A stretch of DNA of 64,000 nucleotides, from the NCBI GenBank assembly GCA_002104945.1, contig MCFH01000037.1:62001-126000 (forward strand), in the 5' to 3' direction. Below the pieces are notes generated by a model. The model made no database searches. It worked only from the letters and a program-made list of their open reading frames with translations, and was not told where the DNA came from. The position numbers were made by a program, and so were the translations under genes. Numbering within the stretch: the stretch's first letter is position 1; the number at the start of each line of letters is the position of its first letter. Positions 47,109-62,599 of the stretch are shown here, in pieces. This stretch comes from Piromyces finnis finn. Its lineage: Eukaryota > Fungi > Neocallimastigomycota.

Positions 47109-47453
47109 AGATTCATTGAAAAGAATAAATATAGTAAATATTATGTATTATAAAAAAATCATAAAAAATTTAAATAATTTTCAATTCAAATATTATAAAT
47201 TATTATAAATTATAAATAAAAAGAAAATAATAATAAAAGTATAAATATTACAAATAATATTCATTAAACCTTTATTTTTAGGTGTATTTAGAGTTTATTA
47301 TAACATAAATTAAATTTAAATAGATTATTATTAATTATTACTAATATTATTGATTTAAATATAAAAATTACATCTATTATAGTTGTTCTATTAATATGGA
47401 AAACTTTGATTGTAATTAAAAAACTAATAAAATAACCTTTATCATTAAATAAT

Positions 47454-50147
47454 TTAAAATTCTTTTAATATCAAAAGCATTTTTCCTATTCCAATTTCAG
47501 ATATATCAATTCTATTAAGAATTTTCTTTAATTCTTCTAATGCGTATATTTCTGCTTCACTTAATAAACTTTTATCCTTTTTAACATCATCTCTTTCAGA
47601 CTTTTCGATTAATTTGCTTAATTTTTCAATTTCAATCTTTCTTCTTTTCTTTAGGTTTATCAAAACCTTATAGCATTCACTAATTAATTGTTCCTCAGCC
47701 TTTACTATATCAGTATACCATAAGAAAGCTGATCTCATAGTATTTCTATCAACTGTTTTTGGAACTTCCTATATAATAATAATACAAAGGCATAATGATA
47801 CATGACATACGTATTAGTTTTATAAATATTATTATTCATTATTTCTTTAAAGATAAAAAATTGAATATATATATATTTAAAAAAAAAAAAAGAAAGAAAG
47901 AAAGAAAGAAAGAGAAAAAAAAAACTCATTCAATTACTTGTAAATATGCATATCCAGCATTTAATAATTCAAAAAGGCATTTACGTGCTTCAACGTGTGA
48001 TACTAAAGCTACCTTTGCAATCTTTTTGAAAAATAAAATAATTAAAGTTATAATTTGAAACAAATAAATAACAAATCTTTATTAAAATATACATACTTGT
48101 TTTTCATCGAATTTTCCTTTATCTAACAATATTTTCCAAAGTCTCATACTATTACTACCATATTTTTCCTTTATAGTATTACCAATTAAATCGATTTTCA
48201 TAAAATTATTAATCTCTTTAAAATGTACGAATTAGTTAAGGATTATTATAATTATATATATATAAAAGTAATATATTTATATATATGTAAAGGATATTTA
48301 AATAATAATCGCCATTTCCTCTTTCAATATCTTTAGTTAAGAATTTTACGGAATCTAATCTATATATTTCCAAATAATCAACAATTGGATTCTTTGAGCC
48401 TCCACCCTTAGAATAATCAATTTTTAATTTTATATCAGAAATTTTATATGATAATTGTGCTGATGAAAATGGACCTATTTAATACATTAAAAACATATAT
48501 AATCATAATAATTTAGTTTTGTTTTGAAATTATATATATATTCATAAATAGAATATTGATAATATTTATAATATTTAAAAATTTCTTTAATATTATTTAT
48601 ATAATATACCAGCAACTGAATTTCTTTTACAATCATTAAATTCTTCTGTGTAAATTTTTAAAATTTCTTTCATTAAATCAGCAGCAGATGGTGTTAATCT
48701 TTCTCTAACTAAACCAATGACACTCTAAATTTTATTTAAACATTGTTATATATAATATAAAATTGATAAAATTAGATATATATTGTTAATACCTCATTTC
48801 TACAATGAACCAATAATTTATTATAATTTAATCTTGATATTATGTTTTCCTAAAAAAGTATAAAAAAAAGTTTTATTAATACTTCATAATGAAAAATATT
48901 GCTTCGTATTTCTTCTACAATATTCTCTATATAACTTACATCAATATCATTAATAGAATTATAAACACTCTATAAAATACATATTTTTTTATAGAAAAAT
49001 ATTATATTAGTATAAATGTTAATGTATATATATTTAATTATTTAAAATATAAAATATATGCCTTTGATGGGTAATCATCATAATTTGAAATTGCTTTTCT
49101 TTTCTATTATATTGTTAAATATGTATTGCTATTAGCATTTTCTATTTAATATAAATACAATATATATAAATTTCAACTGCATATTATGTACCATTCCTGT
49201 TGCGACATTATTATCATATTCAGTTTCTGCTCTAACTGCTAATGATACACGGATTCTACTAACATCATTAGCTTTTAAAGATGCACCTAATTTAGAAACT
49301 TCAACATCTTCTTCAGCTAATAATTTATCAATCATTGAAATTGAATCTTCTGGTCGAACTGCAATTATAAATCCATTTGCAACCATATTACAAAAAGTGT
49401 TTTTTATCGCATCTTTATCTTTTTATATAAAATATTATTGTATTAATTAATTTAAAATTTAATTTCATAGAAACATTATTTTTGTTTTATTTTATATTTT
49501 AAATTTTAATATATAAATAAAATTTATACCTTCAACATATGTTAAAAGTGATGTTAAAGATAATCTTCCATGTAATAATAATAATTTTGCAATTTCTTCA
49601 CCCTTTTATATCCATTTCAATATAAGGAGAAAACGGTTTAAACATTTCAAAAATTTTAGTATATTAAATGATTATTTAATCATAATTTAATAATTATATA
49701 CTCTATTTTCAATTGAAATTTAATAGTTACATCAACTCCAAAAATATCTTTAATAGTTAATATGAATAATGGAAAATGAATTCTCATTAATACTTCATTA
49801 ACATCAACTGAATAATAATTTAATTGTGTTCTTGGTTTTTCTGCATATTTTACAATATTTTGTTGAATTAATATAAAAAGTGATTCTTCTACTTGACGTC
49901 TTGATAATTTTGTAATATTTATAATTTGACTTATCAATAAACGTCCCTTTGATATAAGGGCAGTATAAACTTTCTATAAAATATAAATTAAAAACCATGT
50001 ATTAATAATATGACATTCTTAATATTACTAAAATTAATAAAAATTAAAAAGTTAATTCAATTCAAAATGGTATTGAATTACCTCAACTATAGGACCAAAA
50101 TGATCCAATGTGATTTCTTTGGATAGTGAAATTTCTAATGAAGTCAT
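47454..50147 (-). CDS. RPC82: RNA polymerase III subunit C82/RPC3 (POLR3C), multi-exon
   Basis: DHFGPIVE N-terminus, LFILIQQNIV, EVLMRIHFP, AKVALVSHVEARKCLFELLNAGYAYLQ and EVPKTVDRNTMRSAFLWY. Confidence 0.85.
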
Positions 50148-51060
50148 TTAGAAAACTTTTTAAAAAAGGAATAAAAATAAATAAAAAGTTTAATTATTTT
50201 CAAATAAATATTAAAAAATTAGAATTTATTATTAAATTTCAATTTTTTAAATTTGAAATTCTATATTTTATAATTATATAAATAATATTATATGAAATTG
50301 TCTATCGAGATATTATTAATATAATTATTAAAAAGGAAATATATATAACAATATTGAAATTTAGAAAAAAAAAAAGAAAAAGAAAAAGAAAAAGAAAAAA
50401 GCTTTAACCTTTAACTTAATAATAAATTACTTACAATAAAATAGCTACTATTATTATCTTCAAAAGGTTGCATAAAAAAAAACTCAACCAAAAATCATCT
50501 ATTATTGGATAAATTTTGATAATTAATAGTAAAAAAAAAAAATAAATAAATAGATATAACTAAAAATTCAATACAATAATTAATATAACGTATACATATT
50601 AATGAAAAATTTTTAAATATTTTGAGTTAATATTAATTTCATTATTACATACTACATAATAAAAAAAAAATAATAAAACCTTTAATATGACATAATATTA
50701 CAAACTCTTATAATTAAATATTATATATTAAACTCAATAATATGGATATAAAATAAAAAAAAAAATTTTATTCGGTATTAACAATTTTAAAAAAGTTCAA
50801 AAAATGATTGGCTGGGATTGATCTTAATATATATATGTATAAATTTTTATATACTATTCATTTATTATATATGATAGTTTTCAATATAACTATCATATAT
50901 TTAAATATAAATGTAAAATATATGTGTCTCATATATTAATTGAAATATATTCAAAATTAAAAAGAGCTTATATAGAAGTAATGAAAAAGTGAAAAAAAAA
51001 TTTTCTTTTTTTCTTTACACTTTTTTATATATTTTTTAAATATAATTAGTAGATTAAAAA

Positions 51061-52202
<1,142 letters not shown>

Positions 52203-52947
52203 ATATCAAACATTTAAAAATAAACGAAGATATAAAAATAAGTAGAAATAGGAAGATTAATATAAAAATAATATTTTATTATTAATTAATAGATCTCCAA
52301 ACAGCAAGCTCTAAATTTATTGAAAAATAATAAAGAAAAAATGACTTATAAATCAAATATCAATATATAAATTTTCATATAAAATCACTAAACTAAAAAT
52401 ATCATACCATATAAATAAAAAATATATTACATATAAAAATTGGAAATGTGGAGTATTTTATAAATGCAATATTATTATTGATGAAAACGATAATAATAAA
52501 AGTAACAAATAATTTATAAAGATCAAATAAAAAATAATAAAAAATAGTTTTAAAAGAACTTGTTTTGCAGGATGGAATAAATTAAATTAAGGATATAATC
52601 ATTTTTTAATATTATAGAGAAGTTGAAATAATTAATAATTATAATAAATGAATTTGTTTTTTTATGAATAACTTCAATGGTTTATTTTTGGTTGTTATTT
52701 AAATTTATTTATTATAATAGATTTAAAAAATAATAATACAAAATACAAAAATGGTTTTTAAGTTTTTATCAAAATAAAAATAAAATTATTTACTTGCTTC
52801 ATTTTCAAAATTTCAAAAGGAAAAATTCGAGTTTTAAAACTCTTTAAGTTTGTCATTTTTTATATAGAGTAGTATAATTTTAATATGAATATATTAAATA
52901 TATATATATATATTTTTTAGTTTATTGAATATTGTAATTAGTGTTTA

Positions 52948-53640
52948 TTAATAATATTTTAAAGATGGTCGTCTTTGAAACTGGGTAATGTAATTTGACA
53001 AACTGGGAACTGTATATGGAGAAGATGGATTAACAGGTGGAGATTGATAATTATTTTGAATAACATATGTTGGTTTTTCATTTATTGTTTTGTTTTTAAT
53101 AATAATAGGTGAAGAAGATTTATTCGTATATCCATATTCAGAATTAAAAAGAGTTAGGGATGAGGAATTAGGATTAACATGAATATTGCGATGTTTATTG
53201 GAATTCAAAAAGCCATCAGCACTACAAGAACTTTTTAAAGATATAGTTGAAAAATTATGTTTTATAGTTGGAGTTTTTGGAGATGATCTAGGTGATTGAT
53301 ATGTAAAACTGTTACTGACATTATTATTATTACAATTTTGAATGAAATTAAAATTGTTCATATTCACTTCATTATAATAATTTCTATGGAAGGTAGTGTT
53401 TTGAGTAGATTCATGTAATGGGGAAGATTTATTTTGAAATTTAGAGTGATAATTATTATCATTTCTACTATCAAGTGATTTACAATTATATCTTGTACAT
53501 GATGAGTTAATTGATTTGACAGATGAATTCTCTTGTTCTATTTTAACACTATTTGAATGAATTGAATTATTTGTATTGAATACTCTATTAGATATAATTA
53601 TATTTGAATTATCAGTTTCTGAATTTTCATTGTTATCTTG

Positions 53641-53679
<39 letters not shown>

Positions 53680-54326
53680 GTAACTGTATTCACTAATACT
53701 ACTCTTACTAGTATTTAAAATTGAAGTTTGATATGAAGTATAATTATTTACACTTGGTTCCATATAAGGTGTAGATATTGTTCTAAAGAATGTAGTATTA
53801 TTTTCATAATTTGTAGAATCTAAATAATCTAAAATATATATATATATATTATATTAAATTGTTAATATTTGATGCTATAAAGTTATTTATTTAAAGTATT
53901 ATCATAAATAATAAGATAAAAGAATAATTTTTTTTAAAAAAAAAAAAAAAAAGAAAGAAAGAAAGAAAGAAAGAGTTCCACAAACCTTCATCATTTGCGC
54001 CTTCGATTGAAGATACTTTTTTTAAATTGGAAGATGAGATTTTTGGCTTAATGTGGACAGCTGAGGTTGACATATTTCTATAAATATTATTATTTATAGA
54101 ATTATTTCTTACTGTTTGATTCACACTATCTTTTGATTTTGTTAATGAATCATCATATGAATAAGATCTACTAGTACTTCCATAGTTGTAACTATTACTG
54201 TATGATAAAGAACTGTTAACTTTTGTAGTAGATGAGTTAGCTATGTTAGAAATTTCATTACAATTATTATTATCGTTATTTTCTATATTGTTATTTTTAC
54301 TATCTTCAATATTATTATTATTATTA

Positions 54327-54414
<88 letters not shown>

Positions 54415-56632
54415 TGTTGTTAATATTATTATTGTAGTTATTATTGGTGTTAAGATTATTATTATTATTTTCAGCTGATAAGGATCTAAAAACCTTTTTA
54501 TTTGAAAAATATTTTGAAAATTTATCAATATCACTGTTGTAGGCATTTTCAGTTGCTGTAATTTCAGACCCGGATGAATCTTCATCCATATCATCTGTAT
54601 TAATTGATTCATTTTGATATATGCTACTATTGTTTGTTTCATCATAGCTAGTATAACTATTAGAATTTGGATTGTTACATTCTTGCTCATTCTCATTTAT
54701 ATTATTATAATTAGAATAATAACTATTATTATATATAGAAGAATTCATATTTAAATTATCTAGAGTATTTATTTCAGTTTTATTTAATGAATAATTGTTA
54801 AAGTAATCATTATTATTAATAGAACCGCAATATGAATCAATATCTTCAATATTTTTATTTTTCATTCGAATATCATTTTGACGTTTAATAGCATCATAGT
54901 TAGAAGGGAAATTTATTTCTGAAAGTCTACTACTACCTTTTCGTTTAGCAATATCTTTACTATAATCATCAGTACCTGATATACATATCTTTGTTAATAA
55001 AGCTTTGTTTCTCAAAACAGATGCTTTTCGAGAAATACTTCTCAAATTATTAAGGAAGGTTTTTTTGCGTGTTAATACATTAGTAGATATAGAACCATTA
55101 ACGTTATTCTTACTTATAAAGTTTTGATTAAGAGAAACAGGACTTTTTATATAACTATACATATGAGGATGACATATACTAATTGGTAAGTTTAACGATA
55201 TATTTTTACTGCATATATCAGAATATTATAAAATATTTTTTTTTTTTTGTTAATTCTATGATAATAAATAATGAAAAGCGGTTCTTATTTTATTATTATA
55301 CTAAATATTTACCTAAATATTCCATTATTAAGAGATAGTGTTATATAATATTGAACTATAAATAAAGATGTATTTTTCATTGAAATATTATTTTCCTGAA
55401 GTATTGAATATAAAAAGTTATTATTATCATAATTTTATTTTTAATTAATAATATTTCATTATCTTTATCAATAATTTTTTCATATACATACAGGTATTGG
55501 TATTTGTAAAAAAATAGACTTTTCTTCAAATGGATTAAATACATATTGATTAGCTTTAAGATTAAGATCATATATTGAATTGACAATTAATTTATTATCT
55601 TTTTTAGTGACAGTACCGGGTATAATAATAGATCTAAATAAATTTACTTTTAACCCATTAAGCTTATATTTATAACAAAATACATAATTATTTAAAATTA
55701 ATTATTTAAAAAAAAACTATAAAATAAATTTTAAATTACTTCTAATATGATTTTCCAAAAGTTTATACCTTATGTTTTGAATCATTAGTTACATGAACCT
55801 CTATTTTTGCATTTTTACCTGAACAAAAATATGATTGTGATGCAATTCCTTCCAATCTAACAGATCCTCCACGGCTTAGTAGCAATTTTTTCTCTGTAGA
55901 AGCACGAACTGGAATTGTTGATACATTTTCTTGTCCAATATTTTCAATAACTAATACTTCTTTAGTAGTATATAATGAATCATAAACATTGTCCTGGTGA
56001 TATTGAATATTTCTTTTTTTTTATTATTAAAGCAATAAACCAAAAATAAAAAAGGTCAATTAATAAAATCTATATTTATTGTTATATTGAATTACAAATA
56101 TTTAAATTATTAAATAAATAAATACCCTGTTACTATATATTTAACATTAACATCATTATTTGATAAAGAAAAGGAACTTGGAGCATTTTGAGGTAATTTA
56201 AATGAAAAATTAAATAATGTTTGACCTTTAACTGCATTCCAAAACCCATCTATATCTGGTGGGCCTCTTACTGCAGATGAAGGTTTTATTCTTGGGCCCT
56301 GGAAAAATATTTTGGAAGAAAAAAATACCTTCGAAGCATTGGCCTTCTGAAAATTTATTTCTATTTATTAAATGATTGTAATATTATTTAATATTTATTG
56401 AATCAATATTATCGTCAATTATCAATATATATTATTTCTATATACAAAATATTTTTTTCTTATATATTTTACCTTCATATCCTGTCAATTCCACACAAAG
56501 TTCCCTTAATTTTAAATTTGATTCATTTTTAATATTAAGTTTTAATGTTCCCTTTAATATATCTCCAGTAAGAAAATAATCATTATCAAAATATATCGAT
56601 ATGTTTAAATTTGGATTTTCTTTAAATGACAT
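52948..56632 (-). CDS. Arrestin-like N-terminal domain protein with very long Asn/Ser-rich low-complexity tail, multi-exon
   Basis: First exons (YFLTGDILKGTLKL...LRELCVELTGYE; FSFKLPQNAPSSF...VKYIVTG) match the arrestin-N pattern. Exons at 53891-55162 and 52948-53763 are poly-N/poly-S rich. Confidence 0.65.
54310..54430 (-). repeat. Coding (AAT)n poly-Asn tract
   Basis: Direct reading within ORF 53891-55162. Confidence 0.9.
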
Positions 56633-58851
56633 TTTTTATGTTTATAGTATACTAATGTTAACTCTTTATATTTATTACTTTTTTTAAAGAATATATTTTT
56701 GAACTAATAAATATATATAAATTATATCCAGATTATAAAATAAATATAATAATACAATAATACAAAAAATGAAGAACTTTCATATAAAAATTAAAATAAA
56801 GAAAAAAATTTTTATTATATGAGTGTATTTGTAAGTTGAATATTAATATATCAAGCTATATTGCGTATTAATCAAATATTTTATTGTTTTAAATTAAGTC
56901 TTATAATATAATTATTATTTCTTGTTTGTTTGTTTGTTTGTTTTTATTTTTTGTTTTGTTTGTTTTTTTTTTTGTTTGTTTGTTTGTTTGTTTTATTTTT
57001 GTTTTTGTTTTATTTTATTTTATCCTAGCCTTAACTATATTTACTAATTAAAAAAATACATAAATACAAAATTAATATAGAAAAATCGGATACAGAAGAA
57101 AATAAAAAAAAAAAAAAAAGATATTTATTCTATGGTAATTATGAAAATATGTTAAGTTTTTATCTTTTTTAAAAAAAAAATAATTAATAACAAATTGCAA
57201 ATTAAAGTTTTGAAAATAATTTGCTTTAAACAATATTATAGTATATAATAATTACTAATTCTCATTTAAATTCTTATATCTTTCTATTATAATTCAAGTT
57301 ATTGTTTTAATAAAATATCAGCGCATTATTATAATAATTTTTTTTTCTATTATTTAAATAAATATATATTAGATTTATTTGTAAAAAAATTGTGATTTTC
57401 TTTAGACTTTTAAATGTTTATTGCTTTAAAAGTAAATTTAATCTTTCTTAAAAATATTTTTTGAAAATAATATAATACACTATCAATATTGTTTCTTAGT
57501 TAAATAATGTTTTTCATTAATATGAGCTTCCTTTAATATGTCTCTTAATATTACCATCCTGATACTAAACTTTTCATGAAAGTATTTTTTTTATTTATGA
57601 AAAATTAGATATTATATATTCTGATTATAATATGAATTTTATATGTTTTTGTCTGGTTTATTGCTTTGTTCTTTGTAAAATAAATGAAATTTGGTGAATA
57701 ATAAAATAAAATAAAAAAGTTTCAATTGTATAGTATCAGCATAAAATATAATAAGAATATTATTTAATACATAATAATGTAAAAAGCTACTTAAATAATA
57801 TTAAAAATTAATTTAAAAAAAAAAAATCAATTTTTAATTAAATTTAAAATTAAAAAATACTTTTAAATATTAATTCTAAAGGAATTTTAATTATAATTAA
57901 AGTTAATTAAATTTTAATATTTTTATATTAATATTATTGTGTATCTTATATATATTTTATATTAAATCTTAACATTAATTAATTTATAATGAATTCTTTC
58001 TTAATGTTATATATTTCATTATAATTATTAAATAACAATTACATCTTATTATAAAACTTATTTTAATGTAATAATTAAGTTATTAATTATTAAAAGTGTT
58101 TATTTGGATTTAATAAATAATATTATTTAATAATTATAATTAACATTACATATATAATTCATTTATATTTATTATATTTGAATTGTTGATTTATGAAAAA
58201 TTTTTTCAAAACTCTTTATAATTCTTGATTATAAAAAATTGAGTTTTTTTTGGAAAATAAATTATAAATACTGTATTAATATTTTCAATTGAAAATAGTA
58301 TATTGATTATTAAAATGAAGCTCATTTATAAAATTTTCTCTTTCAACTTTATAAAAGATAAACTTGAAGACTTATCAAGTTAAAATAAAAAATTATATAT
58401 AATAATAATAATAAGATTATATATAAACTTATATTTTATGTTAGAGAAAGAAACATCTCTTTTTTATGGAGAAAGCTTAAATATTAATAATTATGTAAAT
58501 TATAAATTAAAATTTAAGTAACTATACTACAGCAGTTTTTTTTTTTAATCAAATTGTATTGTTAAAGTAATAGCATTTTCCATAATAAAAATTGATTTAA
58601 AACACTATAAATTAATATAAACGAATTTTAAATGTAAAAAATTATTTGCCATTATTGATTATTTCTTTAATATGATTTATTATTATTTCAAACTTATTCA
58701 ACTATCAAATAGTTATTCTAATCCTTAGTAAGCTAAAAGATAAATTTTTTATTTTTAGCCAATAAAAACAGAAAAAAATATTAAATAAAAACTTAAAAAT
58801 TTACTTGAAAAATATGTATTAAAATTTGTTTTATTTTATTAAAACAATAAT

Positions 58852-59435
58852 ATGGGTAAACATTCTCATTCACATTCTCACAGAGATTATGATAAAAAAA
58901 GAAAAAGAAGAAGACATGGTCATAGTAAACATAAGAGAAGAGATAGTTCAAGTTCAAGTTCTTCAAGTGAAGGAGAAGAATTACAATGGACAGAAAAAAT
59001 TGTAGATACCAATTCTAAATTACAAACGACAGAAGGTTCAACCTATAAAGAAGCAATAGATAAACCTACAATCACAACAAATAGCATTAATACTAATGAA
59101 GAAACAACACATTTAAATACTGAAAATACTGAAATAAAACTTATTGGTCCTGTTATTAATTCAATAAATGTAATGAAATTTAATTCTTTATTATTTAGGA
59201 TATAATAATTAAATTATAATTAAATTAAAAATAATTACTATAATTAAATTTAGAGTAGTAATTCAAATGATACCCGTTCACTTTTAAATTCGGATACCTT
59301 TGAAAGTATTTTTTCAAATAATGTTAAAACAAAACAAGAATTGAGAGATGAAAAACGAAAAAGAGAGGAAGAAGATAGGGAAAAAAGAAGAGTAAAAAAA
59401 ATTATATTTATCAATTACATTTGAAATTTGAAATA

Positions 59436-59470
<35 letters not shown>

Positions 59471-62438
59471 TCTAGTTAATTTTATATTTCAAACATATAA
59501 AATATATTAGAATAACAACATTTTGGATGTAATTTTTTTTTAATTTGTAATTAATGATTATCATTATATAATTCTAATTTTATAACTTTATTAAAACAGT
59601 TGAATTTAGAATTAAATCCATATTTTAAGAATGGTGGAAAAGGTGTTCCTGAAGATGAAGAAGAAGAAAATAAACGTATTTTATTTAAATAATTTATATA
59701 TAAATAAAACAATAATAAATCTTAAAAAAATAAATATTTTTTATTAATATATATACATATAATACACACATATTTTTATAATTTTTAATTATGAAATTCT
59801 AATTGTGATTTTTGAATTTACAGCAAAAAAACCAAAATATACTATAGGTGATTCAGGTTCAAGATGGAGAATGATGAAGTTACGTAAAGTATATGAAATG
59901 GCAGAAGAAGAGGGAAAACCTGTTGAGGAAATTGCATTAATGAGATATGGTGCAAGTATAAAATTATGTTATTCAATAATATGTATAATAATTTCAAAAC
60001 ATTTAAATTTCAAAGAATTATCATTTTAATTATAATGAAATGATTATATATATATATATATATATATTAATTAAAATTTATAGTCATTAGAAGAATTTCA
60101 AGGTAATATATAATATAATATAAAAAACGGATAGCTATATTCAAGTTTATATATATATATATTTTGAGTAATGGTTTTCTATTCATATAAATACTCTATA
60201 AATCAAAAATTTAAAACTAATTTATTAAAAAATCATCTTTAGAGGCTGTTCATGAAAAGGAAATATTAGATCAAAGAAGAAGTGGAAAGTCATCCAATTC
60301 TGGAAATTCCCACCATCATTCTTCCTCAGCATATAATTCAACAGTCAAGACTGGAGGTGGTCATTTTAAGAAACCAATGGAGTATTTGGAAAAGGAAGAG
60401 AAAAATCCATCAGAGAAATCAGATTCTATTTCTCAGTCATCTCAGGATAAGAATTTATTATCAATTCCAATGACTACAATTCCAATACCATCTATGAATA
60501 GTAATGAAAAACCTGTATTAACTAAAAATCAATTAAACAAACTTAATTCAAAAATCATGAAAGCAAAACTGATGAATAGTGCTAATCTTAAAGAATTAGA
60601 AGAAGAATACGAACGGGAATTAAAAAGATTTGAGGAAGCTAAAAACAATAGTGAAACTAAAGTAAGTCAAGTTATAAGTCATTAGTATTATATATAAATA
60701 TATATTAATATTAATAGGTGAAAAATGCATACTAATATTGAATGAAAAACACTACGAAACTATTATTAAACCAATTAAAAATATAATAGCAAACTATTGT
60801 TTTACCACAGTTTAATAGTGAAGGTCGTTTACAAGATATTGGAAAAATTGACCCAAATGCTATTCAACAGTATAATAAAAAGAAACCAAAAAAAGAGGTA
60901 TTAATTAAAAAGAAAAAAGCATGTAATATTATAATAATAGAATTATTTATCTTAATCTCTACTAAAATAATAAATTTATAATACTTTTTTTTTTTAAAAA
61001 AAAAATAAAAGAAATTTGAAACTCATGATGAACAAGGAAATCGTATTCGTTACTATAAAAATGATGATAAATTAACATTACATGATCTTATGGTTCAAGA
61101 AAAGATGAGTAATAATAAAGATTTTGATAAAGAAATGGCTATGCGTATTTCTCGGGATGCTGTTTTTTCATCCGATTTAGATTACTTGGATGAAAATGCA
61201 GAAAGATTATCTAAAAGAAAAGAAAGAACCGAAGAACAAAAAAGAAAAGTTTCAATTAATGGTAATATTTTAATATTTATCAATAATTAATAGTAAAATT
61301 TAAATAGTAATTATGATTAAAAGGAGAAATTCAAGTTAATTGTGAAATTAATTGCTAAAATAAAATATAAAAATAATTATTGTTCTTTTCAAAAAAAAAA
61401 AAAAAAAAAAAAAACTAGATTATAAAAGGTATCAAGAAGCTTTGGATAAATGTTATTACTGCTATAATCAAGATAAAACACCATCCGTACCAGTAGTTTC
61501 ATTAGGAAATAAAGTTTATTTAGCATTACCAAACGTAATTGAAATGGTACCTGGCCATTGTCTTATTGTTCCTATGAATCACGTTTTAACTACATTAGAA
61601 TGTGAAGATGATGTATGGGACGAAATAAGGGTATGCATTAAAAGTATAATATGATTATATTAAAGTTTAATTAATAAGTTAATGTTTTATAAATTGATAT
61701 ATTATTTTTTTTTAAAAAAAATACTTTTTAAATAAATAAATTTAATATAGAATTTCATGAAATGTTTAATTCAAATGTTTGCAGAAGAAGATCGTGCAGT
61801 TATATTCATGGAAACTGTTATTAATCTTAGAAAGCAAAGACATACTGTTATTGAATGTATTCCTGTATCATATGATGATTATGATGATTCACCGGCATAT
61901 TTTAAGGATGCTATCCAAAAAGAAAGTGAAGAATGGTCCCAACATCGAAAAATTATTGATACTTCAAAAAATGGATTTAGAAGATCTATGGTTAAAGATT
62001 TACCATATTTCCATGTTTGGTTTGATCCAAATAAAGGGTAATTACAAGTATCTTTAAAAATATTATTATAATTTAAAAATATAATTATTATATATAAATA
62101 TATAAATAGATTACTGATATTTATTGCATTGTTTTATTATTAAAAAGACTTGGTCATGTTATAGAAAATGAAGAATTCCCTACTTGGTTCGGAAAGGTAT
62201 ATATATTTGTATATTTATATTAAATATTTATATTAATATATTATATTTTAATTATTATATATTATTTCGTTTATTTTAAATAATTTGAAATTTATAGGAA
62301 GTTATTGCTGGTATGATGGATTTACCAGCTAATCTTTGGAGAAGGCCAAAACATATTTCATCAAAACATAATAAAAGTAGAATAGAAGCTTTTAAAAAGA
62401 AATGGGATAAATACGATTGGACAAAGATGCTGGATTAA
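58852..62438 (+). CDS. CWF19L2: CWF19-like protein 2 (CwfJ C-terminal domains; spliceosome/lariat disassembly), multi-exon
   Basis: GDSGSRWRMMKLRKVYE, CYYC...VVSLGNKVYLALP...GHCLIVPMNH, HTVIECIP, WSQHRKIIDT, LPYFHVWF, and terminal WDKYDWTKMLD*. Confidence 0.9.
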
Positions 62439-62567
62439 AAATATTAATTTTTTTTATTAAACTAATTCAACTTATTTAAATAGTTATAAATTTTAGTTTT
62501 AATTTTAATAGTATATTTTATTATTTATTTTTTTTTTTTATATATATTTATTCATTTCAATATAGTT

Positions 62568-62599
<32 letters not shown>

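Noticed and set aside
54243-54696. Poly-Leu and poly-Ile ORFs
   Set aside because: Other frames of the poly-Asn coding repeat.
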